41,740 bases of DNA, from assembly GCF_037138395.1 (NCBI RefSeq), contig NZ_JBAXIM010000001.1:1-41740 (forward strand). The letters run 5' to 3'. Below the pieces are notes generated by a model that did no database searches, was not told where the DNA came from, and saw nothing but the letters and a program-made list of their open reading frames with translations. This stretch comes from Phenylobacterium sp. Lineage in GTDB: Bacteria; Pseudomonadota; Alphaproteobacteria; Caulobacterales; Caulobacteraceae. Numbering within the stretch: the stretch's first letter is position 1; each line of letters begins with the position of its first letter. The translations under genes and the position numbers were made by a program. Of the stretch, positions 1 to 8,545 are shown in pieces.

Positions 1-128
1 GCCATGAGGCCGGGCTGACTGCGGATGGCCGGATCCGGCTGGAGGTCATACCGGGGACTACCCACTTCCTGCCGATGGAACGGCCAGACCTGGTGCGCCA
101 GACCCTGACTGACCTGGTCGCGGGGTGA
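1..128 (+). CDS. Alpha/beta hydrolase, C-terminal fragment (truncated by window start)
   Basis: Frame from position 3 reads HEAGLTADGRIRLEVIPGTTHFLPMERPDLVRQTLTDLVAG*, with TGA at 126-128. PGxxHFLPME-P is the typical catalytic-His region of alpha/beta hydrolases. Confidence 0.7.
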   Translation, partial: HEAGLTADGRIRLEVIPGTTHFLPMERPDLVRQTLTDLVAG

Positions 129-159
129 GCTTCCGGCGAGGGGCTGCGGCGAGACCGTA

Positions 160-276
160 GACCCCCTCCGTCCCGGGGCCTTGGCCCCGGTCCACCTCCC
201 CCTGATGGGGAGGAATTAGAGCCGCCCAATTGCTCCCCATCAGGGGGAGCTCCGGGCGGAGCCGGGTGAGGGGGTC
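160..276. repeat. Palindromic intergenic repeat (REP/REPIN-like doublet), copy 1
   Basis: Outer inverted repeat GACCCCCTC (160-168)/GAGGGGGTC (268-276). Inner perfect 17-bp inverted repeat CTCCCCCTGATGGGGAG (196-212)/CTCCCCATCAGGGGGAG (233-249). The left half recurs at 22936-22993. Confidence 0.85.
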
Positions 277-295
277 ACCGGATGCGCAGGGGTCC

Positions 296-1228
296 TTAGA
301 GCCCGATCCCGGCGATGGCCCGGCTGCGGAACTCCGCCTGGGCCGCCTCCGAGATGTCGACCACCTTGCGCGCGTCGAGGTCGAAGCTGATCACCACCGC
401 CTCGGCGCTGGCCCAGGGCCGGCCGGTGACCGGATCCACCATCCAGTGGAAGACCCGGCGGGTGCGGGACGTGCAGTCGGCAAAGCCCGAGCGGACCTCG
501 ACATGATCGCCGGCCGAGGGCCAGCCATGATGGACCACGCGGTATTCCAGGACGGCACCGCCGATGCGCAGGGGCAGGTCCCCGGGGGCGGTGTCCGGTC
601 CAGGTCGGGTCGGGCCGAACAGGCGGGCGACACCGTCGGAGACCCGGCCGATGAACATTTCCGGCCGCATCCGCCCGAAGACATCGAGTTCATCGGCCCG
701 CACGACGCCGAGGCCGATCCGGGTCATGCCGGTTTCCTCGGCGAAGGCGAGGCCCGCGCGGGTCTGGACCAGGGGGGCAAGGTCAATACTGCGAGGGGCG
801 GCAAAGGCAGGAACCTCGCAGGCCAGGCCCGCGCAGGCCTTGCGAATGCGGTCTGGCCAGGGAAAGGGCAGGAGGTCTCCCGCCGTGGCATGGTCCACCT
901 TGATCCGGAAGGTGGCGGCGGGCTCACCATCGGCGTGCCGCAGGACCACCAGAAGGTCGGCATCGGACTCGCCTAAGGCGATGACGCCGCCCGAGGCCCA
1001 GAGGCAGGCGCCCGCCCGAGCCTCACGCAGGAACCGCATATGCAGGTCGCGGACGGCCAGGGTGGCACCGCCGCCGCTCGCAAAGGCGTCGGGCATGCCC
1101 ATCAGGCGCGACAGGCCGGCGAGGGCCTCCATGGCCTTGGCCACCCAGAACCGGACGTTCAGGTGACCCATCTCATCGCATTCCCAGGTGTTGACGCCGC
1201 CGCTCCACACCTCCACAGACTCACCCAA
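296..1228 (-). CDS. Double hot-dog acyl-CoA thioesterase family protein
   Basis: WECDEMGHLNVRFW 4HBT-type motif, plus a second degenerate motif ELDVFGRMRPE; 310 aa; TTG start. Confidence 0.8.
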   Translation of the reverse strand: MGESVEVWSGGVNTWECDEMGHLNVRFWVAKAMEALAGLSRLMGMPDAFASGGGATLAVRDLHMRFLREARAGACLWASGGVIALGESDADLLVVLRHADGEPAATFRIKVDHATAGDLLPFPWPDRIRKACAGLACEVPAFAAPRSIDLAPLVQTRAGLAFAEETGMTRIGLGVVRADELDVFGRMRPEMFIGRVSDGVARLFGPTRPGPDTAPGDLPLRIGGAVLEYRVVHHGWPSAGDHVEVRSGFADCTSRTRRVFHWMVDPVTGRPWASAEAVVISFDLDARKVVDISEAAQAEFRSRAIAGIGL

Positions 1229-1338
1229 GACCGGTTCCCTTCGCCGTGACCACTCGAATCTGCAGAGGTTAGGCCCTGAAGCCCCAGGCGGCCAGTTCCC
1301 AAACCCGCCACAACCAGGCCCTGGTCCCTGGCGCTCTC

Positions 1339-2097
1339 GTGCGACTGGCCCACGTCCTGATCGCTGCCGGGGTCCTGCTATTGCTGCCCAGCGGCCTGCA
1401 GATCTTCAACGCCCATCCGACCCTCTATACCGGCGAGACTTCCGCCAGGGAGCAGGCCTGGCTGCAGATCGGTTCCCGGGAGCGGGGCGAGTCCCTCACC
1501 GGCTACCTCAGGCTGGGCGGACGCGAGATGGAGACCACGGGAGTGCTGGGATGGTCGGGGCCTGCGGGTGAGCGCGAGAAGCGGGCCTTTCCGGCCTGGA
1601 CGACCCTGCCCAGCTACCCGTCCCTCGCCACGGGCCGGAACTGGCACCTGGCCGCCGCCTGGCTCCTGGGCCTGGGCCTGGGCGTCTACCTTGTGGTGGG
1701 CCTGGCGTCTGGCCGCCTTGCCTCGGTCCTGGCGCCGACGCGGGAAATGCTCCGGCCCAGGGCAGTCCTTGCGGACCTGGTCGGGCACCTGACCCTCAGG
1801 TTTCCGCCGGCGGAGCAGGGCTACAACCTCCTGCAGCGCCTGGCCTACCTTGCCGTCGTTGCCGTCGCCCTGCCCCTCATGATCGTCTCGGGCCTCGCCA
1901 TGTCGCCTGCCGTCCACGCTGCAGCGCCCTGGACCGGAGACCTCTTCGGAGGGCGGCAGTCGGCCCGCTCGGCCCATTTCCTGGGCGCCCTGGCCCTCGC
2001 CCTCTTCTTTCTCGTCCACATGGCCATGCTCGTCCTGCACCAGCCCCTCCGCCGCCTGCGCCTGATGACCTTCGGCCCCGGGAAGGACAGGTCGTGA
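1339..2097 (+). CDS. Cytochrome b/b6-domain membrane protein (Ni/Fe-hydrogenase cytochrome b-like)
   Basis: VRLAH, RNWHLAAAW, YNLLQRLAY, SGLAMSP and ARSAHF...LVH heme-ligand helices; overlaps the downstream molybdoenzyme. Start uncertain because the frame is open from 1273. Confidence 0.85.
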   Translation: MRLAHVLIAAGVLLLLPSGLQIFNAHPTLYTGETSAREQAWLQIGSRERGESLTGYLRLGGREMETTGVLGWSGPAGEREKRAFPAWTTLPSYPSLATGRNWHLAAAWLLGLGLGVYLVVGLASGRLASVLAPTREMLRPRAVLADLVGHLTLRFPPAEQGYNLLQRLAYLAVVAVALPLMIVSGLAMSPAVHAAAPWTGDLFGGRQSARSAHFLGALALALFFLVHMAMLVLHQPLRRLRLMTFGPGKDRS

Positions 2098-2864
2098 CGG
2101 CCTCTCGGCGTTCCTGGCTGAGGGGTCTTTCGGCGGCGGCGGCGGCCGTCTTTGTCTCGGCCTGCGACCGGATCGCGGGCGACCCCGGGGTGCGCACGGG
2201 CCTGAGGAGCGCCGAGCGCCTGAACCTTGGCCTCCACCGGCGGTTGTTCGACCGCAGGACCCTGGCCCGGGAATATCCCGAGGCCGCCATCTCCGCCGAC
2301 TTCCGGGCCAACGGCTCGACGAATCCCTCGGACCTGGACTACCGGGCCCTGGCCAAAGGCAGCTTTGCGGCCTACCGGCTCGTGGTGGACGGCCTGGTCG
2401 ACAGGCCCCTGTCCCTCGACCTCGCCGCCCTCCGGGCGCTTCCGGCTCGCAGCCAGGTAACCCGACATGACTGCGTGGAGGGCTGGTCGGCCATCGCCCG
2501 CTGGTCTGGCGCGCGCCTGGGCCCCCTGCTGGCGCAGGCGGGGCTGAAGCCCGAGGCCCGCTATCTGGTCTTCCATTGCTTCGATACCCTGGACCCGGAG
2601 GCGGGGGAGCAGGGGCGCTATTACGAGAGCATCGACCTGGTGGACGCCCTGCATCCCCAGACCCTGTTGGCCTATGAGATGAACGGTGCCCCCCTCGGGA
2701 TCGCCCATGGGGCGCCGGTCCGGCTGAGGGTCGAGCGGCAGCTGGGCTACAAGCACGCTAAGTATGTGCGGCGCATCGAGGTCGTGGCGGACTTCAGCCA
2801 CATCTCGGGTGGCCGGGGCGGCTACTGGGAGGACCGCGGCTACGAGTGGTACGCGGGGATCTGA
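2094..2864 (+). CDS. Sulfite-oxidase-family molybdopterin oxidoreductase (MsrP/YedY-like), Tat-exported
   Basis: SRRSWL twin-arginine signal; HDCVEGWS Mo-ligand Cys; HGAPVRL, GYKHAKY and GYWEDRGY motifs. Confidence 0.9.
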   Translation: MTASRRSWLRGLSAAAAAVFVSACDRIAGDPGVRTGLRSAERLNLGLHRRLFDRRTLAREYPEAAISADFRANGSTNPSDLDYRALAKGSFAAYRLVVDGLVDRPLSLDLAALRALPARSQVTRHDCVEGWSAIARWSGARLGPLLAQAGLKPEARYLVFHCFDTLDPEAGEQGRYYESIDLVDALHPQTLLAYEMNGAPLGIAHGAPVRLRVERQLGYKHAKYVRRIEVVADFSHISGGRGGYWEDRGYEWYAGI

Positions 2865-2889
2865 AGCGACCCCCGCGCCCGGTTCCGGC

Positions 2890-3951
2890 TTAGCTCGCCT
2901 TGGCGAACAGGTCTGCCCAGCGCCGCTTGCGACGGGTCTTCCAGGACCCGCGATGCCAGGCATCGGAGGCGATCAGGGGAATGACCGTGGTGGCCTCGGC
3001 GAAGACCATCTGCTCCCAGGTCACGTCCACCTTGCCCCAGGAGCAGGCCTCCTTGAGCGTCGAGGACGAGCAGGCACCGTCCCGGACGTCGGCCACGGTG
3101 ATCTGGACCGCGTACTTGTGCATCTCGGCTTCGTGGCCAAGGATTTCTGCGCAGACGACGGTGTCCTGGGCGAAGTTCTTCGGCACGCCGCCGCCCACCA
3201 TGAGGAGGCCGGTGGTCCCCGCCGCCAGCTTGATGTCCGTCAGTTCGCGGAAGTCGGCGATGGCGTCGATGGTCATGTAGGGCTTGCCCGCCTTCATCCG
3301 CTCGACCTGGTGTTTCACCAGGCCAAAGCCAGCCGAGGAATCGGTGAAGGCCGGGCAGAAGATCGGCGCGCCTTCGTGGAAGGCGGTCTCGATGAGGGAG
3401 CCGGGCTTGCGGGCGTTACCGGCCGCCAGCCACCGGCCCATCTCGTGGATGAACTCGCGGCTCGAATAGGGCCGGGGCTCCAGCATGTTGGCGATCTCAT
3501 AGATCACCGCATCGCACTTCTGGAGCTCTTCCTCGTCGATGTAGGTGTCGTAGATGCGGTCGATGTAGAGGTCCCGCAGGTCGCGGTCGTCGACATTCGA
3601 CTGGGCCTGGTAATGGCGGAAGCCCAGCGCCTCGAAGAAGTCCATGTCGATGATCGAGGCGCCCGTCGCCACGATGGCGTCGATCATCCCGTACTTCACC
3701 ATGTCCCGGTAGATATGCATGCAGCCGCCGGCGCTGGTGGAACCCGCCAGGGTCAGCCAGGTCGAGCAGTCCGGGTCCTCAAGGGACATGGACCAGATAT
3801 CCGCCGCGCGGGCGGTATCGCGGCTTGTAAAGCTCATGGCCCGCATGGCGTCGATCACCGGGCGGGCGTCATACTGGTCGATGGCTACGTGTTCGACCTT
3901 GGCCGACAGCAGCTCTTCCTTGCGATTGGGTTTCGAGGATTCAGCGTTCAT
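2890..3951 (-). CDS. Deoxyhypusine synthase-like protein (probable homospermidine synthase)
   Basis: IVATGA, DRIYDT, FCPAFTDSS, GGGVPKN and ACSSSTLKEACSWGK DHS-family motifs. Confidence 0.92.
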   Translation of the reverse strand: MNAESSKPNRKEELLSAKVEHVAIDQYDARPVIDAMRAMSFTSRDTARAADIWSMSLEDPDCSTWLTLAGSTSAGGCMHIYRDMVKYGMIDAIVATGASIIDMDFFEALGFRHYQAQSNVDDRDLRDLYIDRIYDTYIDEEELQKCDAVIYEIANMLEPRPYSSREFIHEMGRWLAAGNARKPGSLIETAFHEGAPIFCPAFTDSSAGFGLVKHQVERMKAGKPYMTIDAIADFRELTDIKLAAGTTGLLMVGGGVPKNFAQDTVVCAEILGHEAEMHKYAVQITVADVRDGACSSSTLKEACSWGKVDVTWEQMVFAEATTVIPLIASDAWHRGSWKTRRKRRWADLFAKAS

Positions 3952-4056
3952 TCTCTTCAGGTCTCCGGAGAGGTGAGCGCCCGTCGCAATGGGAGTGGCG
4001 CGGCCGGGACGGAGCGACCGACCGCGCTATTGGGGAATTGGGCAGTCCGACGAGCA

Positions 4057-5304
4057 CTACTTCCGCCGCCGCTTGCGCCCGCGGGCCTTGTTCAGGCTCA
4101 CCACGTTCTGGGTCTCGCTGCGGGGCACCGGTATGGACCTGCGGGCGAGGCCGAACATGGAGGCGGCGGGCGCGTCCTCGCAGGCCACGGTCTCGATGTC
4201 ACCGAAGCCGTTGAAACGGGTGGCCATGGTCACGCCATAGGCCCCCAGCATGCCGATCTCGATGAAATCGCCTTCGGCGACGTCCTCGGGCAGCCAGAAC
4301 GGGCCGGGCATGTAATCGATGGCGTCGCAGGTCGGACCGAAGAACCGGAACGGGCGCAGGGGGCCGTCCAGAACCTCCGCACCGTGCTCTGTCCGCCGCA
4401 TGGCCTTGACCGGGAAGGGCCAGCGGGCATGGGCAGCGTCGAACAGGCCACCGTAGGCGCCGTCGTTCAGGTAGAGGGCGTCGTCCTTGCGCAGCTCCAC
4501 GCAGGTGACGATGGACGAGGCCTCCGCCACGAGGGCCCGGCCAGGTTCGCACCAGAGCTCGGTGTTCTCATGGACCATCATTTCGGCGAAGCCGCGCTGG
4601 ATGGCGTCGAAATAGTCGTCCAGGGCGGGAGGGGTCATGCCCGGATAGATTGACGGGAAGCCGCCGCCCACGTCGACCACGTCGGCCAGCACGCCGGCCC
4701 GCACGAGGGCGCGGGAGGCCTGGGCCATGGCCGCACTATAGGCGGTCGGGCGCATGCACTGGCTGCCGACATGGAAGGAGACACCCATCAGGTCCTGGGT
4801 CGCCCGGCGGGCGGCCAGCAGGAGGGAGGGGGCCTGGTTGAGATCGACGCCGAACTTGCCCGCCAGGGAATAGGCGGCTCCTTCGGTCTGGACGGCCAGG
4901 CGAACGATCAGGTTGAGGTCCTGGGCACCCTCGGTCGTCTCGAGGATCTTCTCGAGCTCCTCATGGGTGTCGAGGGCGAAGGTCCTCACTCCATGGTCGA
5001 AGTAGGCCGCGCGGATGGATGCACGGCTCTTGACCGGGTGCATGAAGGCCAGACGGGCGTCAGGCGCATGGGCACGCACGAGGGCGATCTCGGGAACCGA
5101 GGCGACATCGAAAGCCGAAACGCCGTTCTCTGCCAGGGCCTTGATGACCCAAGGAGACGGATTGGCCTTCACGGCATAGAAGACGTCGCCTTTGAAATTG
5201 TCCTGGAACCAGCGGGCCGCTAGAGACGCCGCAGCCGGTCGCGCAATGGCGACGGGATGCTCGGGCGACCGCTCGCGGACCAGGTCCAGGGACGTATGGT
5301 ACAT
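4057..5304 (-). CDS. Ornithine (lysine) decarboxylase, fold-type III PLP enzyme
   Basis: FYAVKAN PLP lysine, FDVAS, SFHVGSQ, DVGGGF, EPGR and GPTCD motifs. ATG at 5304 follows GAGGT; the 706-aa ORF-track extension is antisense to phnC. Confidence 0.93.
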   Translation of the reverse strand: MYHTSLDLVRERSPEHPVAIARPAAASLAARWFQDNFKGDVFYAVKANPSPWVIKALAENGVSAFDVASVPEIALVRAHAPDARLAFMHPVKSRASIRAAYFDHGVRTFALDTHEELEKILETTEGAQDLNLIVRLAVQTEGAAYSLAGKFGVDLNQAPSLLLAARRATQDLMGVSFHVGSQCMRPTAYSAAMAQASRALVRAGVLADVVDVGGGFPSIYPGMTPPALDDYFDAIQRGFAEMMVHENTELWCEPGRALVAEASSIVTCVELRKDDALYLNDGAYGGLFDAAHARWPFPVKAMRRTEHGAEVLDGPLRPFRFFGPTCDAIDYMPGPFWLPEDVAEGDFIEIGMLGAYGVTMATRFNGFGDIETVACEDAPAASMFGLARRSIPVPRSETQNVVSLNKARGRKRRRK

Positions 5305-5548
5305 TTGCACCTCACGTAACCCCCAATAGATTGTTGAACCCAATCCGGCGTTAGCAGCGCTTTTGAGGACAACGGGTCCGCCGGAGCCGGGGAAATAGGG
5401 CCAGACGCCCCCTGTGTAAAGTATATTTTGAGTAACCTTGCCCCCCCTACGGCGGAGCGGGCTGGACCGGGGACGCCGCGCCGTGCGAATAAGCCGGTCG
5501 GGTCGTCGCCCTGCGCGGGCCCTGGAGTTATCAGGGGACGTCGCCGGT

Positions 5549-6343
5549 ATGGCTGAGGAAGCGGTTCTGTCGATCCGGAACGTGTCGCGGACCTTCGGCA
5601 CCCGCCGGGCGCTCGACGGCGTGTCCCTGGACGTCCGCCGCGGCGAGATGATCGCCCTCATCGGCCCCTCGGGATCCGGTAAGTCCACCCTTCTCCGGTC
5701 TATTTCCGGCCTCCAGGTGATCGATCCGGGCGCGGGCGTGATCGAGGCCTTCGGTGCGCCGGTCCAGTCGGGGGGGCGCATCTCCTCCGGCGTCCGCGAG
5801 GCGCGGATCCGGATCGGCTTCATCTTCCAGCAGTTCAACCTGGTGGGGCGCCTGTCCCTGTTCGGCAATGTCGCCCTGGGTTCGCTGGGTCGGATTTCCT
5901 TCCTCCGGGGCCTTCTCGGGCGCTGGCCGACGGAGATCGTCTCTGCAACCATGGCGGCCCTCGCCAGGGTCGGCGTGGCCGAGTACGCCGCCCAGCGCGC
6001 CAACACCCTGTCCGGTGGCCAGCAGCAACGCGGCGCCATCGCCCGGGCCCTGGTCCAGCGGGCCAAGATCATCCTCGCGGACGAGCCTGTGGCCTCCCTC
6101 GACCCGGTGTCGGCCCGCAAGGTGATGGAGATCCTGCGCGACCTGAACCGCACCGATGGCCTCACCCTGGTGGTCACCCTTCACCAGGTGGACTACGCCA
6201 TGCGGTATTGCGACCGGGTGGTCGCCCTCAAGGCCGGCCAGATTGTCTATGATGGCCCCGCCTCGGGTCTGGACAAGGACCGTCTGATCGACATCTACGG
6301 CCCCGAGTTCGAGGACGTCTTCTGGGAAGGAGCCCCGCAATGA
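5549..6343 (+). CDS. phnC: Phosphonate/phosphate ABC transporter ATP-binding protein
   Basis: GPSGSGKST, IFQQFNLVGRL, LSGGQQQR and LADEPVASLDP motifs; ATG at 5549. Confidence 0.93.
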   Translation: MAEEAVLSIRNVSRTFGTRRALDGVSLDVRRGEMIALIGPSGSGKSTLLRSISGLQVIDPGAGVIEAFGAPVQSGGRISSGVREARIRIGFIFQQFNLVGRLSLFGNVALGSLGRISFLRGLLGRWPTEIVSATMAALARVGVAEYAAQRANTLSGGQQQRGAIARALVQRAKIILADEPVASLDPVSARKVMEILRDLNRTDGLTLVVTLHQVDYAMRYCDRVVALKAGQIVYDGPASGLDKDRLIDIYGPEFEDVFWEGAPQ

Positions 6344-7398
6344 TCGAAACCACGCTAAGCCGCCGCGGCCTGATCGCCGCCGCAGGCCTGGGTGCCGCCG
6401 CCCTCGCTGGCTGCAGTCGCCAGTCCCCCCCGCCCTCCGACGGATCTTCGGGCGTCCTGAAGTTTTCGATCGTTGCCCCGGAAAGCGCTTCCAGCCTGGA
6501 GTCGTTCTGGCGCCCGATCATCGTCGATATGGAGAAGGCGACCGGGCTGAGGATCGAGCCCTACATCGGGGCCAACTACACCGCCCTGGTCGAGGCCATG
6601 CGCTTCAAGCAGACCCATTTCGGCTGGTTCACCAACCTGTCGGGCCTCGAGGCCATCCGCCGGGCCAATGGGGAGGTCTTCGCCCGCACCTTCGATCCCA
6701 ACGGGGACGATGGCTACAACTCGGTGATCCTGGTCCCCGCCTCCAGCAAGACCACCCTTGAGGATATCCTGCGCTGTGACCGCACGCTCAACTTCGGGAT
6801 CGGCGACGCCAAGTCCACCTCGGGGACCCTGGCACCCAAGACCTTCCTGTTCTCGCCCAAGGGCATCGACGTTCAGACCTGTTTCAAGACCCTGAAGTCG
6901 GCCAACCACAACACCAACCTGGTGGGCGTTGCGAACGGCGTCCTGGATGCGGCGACGGGCAACACCACCAGCCTGCGCCTCCAGCGCGAGCGCGACGTGG
7001 AGCGCGCGGCCAAGGGCGAGCCAACCCTGGGCGACAAGGTGCGCGTGGTCTGGACCTCACCCCGCCTGCCCGAAGACCCGATCGTCTGGCGCAAGGATCT
7101 GGACCCCGCAATCAAGGAAAAGCTCCGCCAGTTCTTCCTGACCTACGCCCAGGGGGAGGGGCCCGAGGCCGAGCGCCAGCGGGGCCTGCTGGCTAAGCTC
7201 TCGATCGGCGGCTTCAAGCCCGCCGACGACAACCACCTCCTGCGGGTGCGCGAGATGGAGGCCACCGAGAACGTCCTCGAGTCCCAGCGCGGCGGGGATC
7301 CAAAGCGAATCGCCGACGCCCGTAAGGCGCTGGACGGGGTCAAGGCCGAGGAGGCCGCCCTACAGGCCCGCACTGGCCAGTCCGTCGACGCAAACTGA
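6340..7398 (+). CDS. phnD: Phosphonate/phosphite/phosphate ABC substrate-binding lipoprotein
   Basis: YTALVEAMR, GDAKSTSGTLAP and PEDPIVWRKDL PhnD motifs; SRRGLI...LAGC signal; lies between phnC and phnE. Confidence 0.9.
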   Translation: MIETTLSRRGLIAAAGLGAAALAGCSRQSPPPSDGSSGVLKFSIVAPESASSLESFWRPIIVDMEKATGLRIEPYIGANYTALVEAMRFKQTHFGWFTNLSGLEAIRRANGEVFARTFDPNGDDGYNSVILVPASSKTTLEDILRCDRTLNFGIGDAKSTSGTLAPKTFLFSPKGIDVQTCFKTLKSANHNTNLVGVANGVLDAATGNTTSLRLQRERDVERAAKGEPTLGDKVRVVWTSPRLPEDPIVWRKDLDPAIKEKLRQFFLTYAQGEGPEAERQRGLLAKLSIGGFKPADDNHLLRVREMEATENVLESQRGGDPKRIADARKALDGVKAEEAALQARTGQSVDAN

Positions 7399-7401
7399 TC
7401 C

Positions 7402-8205
7402 ATGATCCAGACCGCACCCACCGTCCTTGAGCCGCCGTCCCGGCCCTTCGGGCAGAGGGTGTTCGACTTCGCCCTGTGGGGCGGGATCATCGTCCTGCTG
7501 ATCGCCTCCTTCGGCCCGGCCGAGATCTCCAAGTTCCCGCTGTTGTTCTCCAACTCAGACAACATGCGGCAGTTCGCCTCGGGCTTCCTGCATCCGGACT
7601 TCTCGAACTGGCGCGACCTGATCGAGAAGATGTGGCTCACCATCCAGATGGCCCTTTGGGGCACGACCCTGGCCATCCTGCTCGCCGTGCCCATGGGGCT
7701 CCTCGGCGCGCGCAATGTAACCCCGCCCTTCATCCAGCTCCCGGTCCGCCGCTTGATGGACCTGATCCGGTCGGTGCCGGACCTCGTCATCGGCACGGCC
7801 TTCCTGGTGGCGGTGGGCCTTGGTCCCTTTGCCGGCGTCATGGCCCTGGCCCTCAACACCGGCGGTGTCCTCGCCAAGCTCTTCGCCGAGGCCGTCGAGT
7901 CCATCGATCGGGGTCCCGTCGAGGGCGTCCGGGCGACCGGCGCCGGGCGACTTCAGGAAATCGTATGGGGGGTGATCCCCCAGGTCGCGCCCCTGTGGAC
8001 CTCCTACGCCCTCTACCGGTTCGAATCGAACAGTCGCAGCGCCACCGTGCTCGGTCTGATCGGCGCCGGTGGTATCGGCCAGATCCTGTTCGACAGCATG
8101 AACAGCTTCAACTATCCCCTCACCGCAGCCATCTCGATCGTCATCGTCACCGCCGTGACCCTGATCGACCTGCTCAGCCAGACCATTCGTGCGCGGCTGC
8201 TCTGA
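7402..8205 (+). CDS. phnE: Phosphonate ABC transporter permease
   Basis: GLGPFAGVMALAL, KLFAEAVE and YRFESNSRSATVLGLIGAGGIG motifs. Confidence 0.93.
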   Translation: MIQTAPTVLEPPSRPFGQRVFDFALWGGIIVLLIASFGPAEISKFPLLFSNSDNMRQFASGFLHPDFSNWRDLIEKMWLTIQMALWGTTLAILLAVPMGLLGARNVTPPFIQLPVRRLMDLIRSVPDLVIGTAFLVAVGLGPFAGVMALALNTGGVLAKLFAEAVESIDRGPVEGVRATGAGRLQEIVWGVIPQVAPLWTSYALYRFESNSRSATVLGLIGAGGIGQILFDSMNSFNYPLTAAISIVIVTAVTLIDLLSQTIRARLL

Positions 8206-8545
8206 CCCCGCATCGAAGGCGCCAACATCTGCGGCCTGACGGCGACCCTCGCCTTTCAGGGGGACGGTTTTAACAATCTCGGCCTCGACTTTGACGGTCC
8301 CGCGTCACCCGGAGCTCCGTAACGGCGGGCTGTGACAGCCAGGGTCGCGGGGGGTGTTCCCCTCGCCGGGAACACGCATCTTCATCTTGGCATCTGGGTC
8401 CGGAGCTTACAGATCCGAGCCCGGGATGACTTTTGAGTTCCACCCAAACGAAAGTGTCATGTTAAGCCGCTATTAACTCATGCAAACTGCGCATCTCCAG
8501 GCGCGGCCGCAGATCGGGAAGTTCTGAGACCAGGAGAGCACACTG

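Noticed and set aside
4057-6177. 706-aa ORF suggesting a large N-terminal extension on ornithine decarboxylase
   Set aside because: The extension is the antisense shadow of phnC plus the intergenic region; a good RBS and ATG exist at 5304.
8450-8495. PHO box upstream of pstS (GTGTCATGTTAA...)
   Set aside because: One good half-site, but no clear partner at 11-bp spacing; biologically plausible but not supportable from sequence alone.
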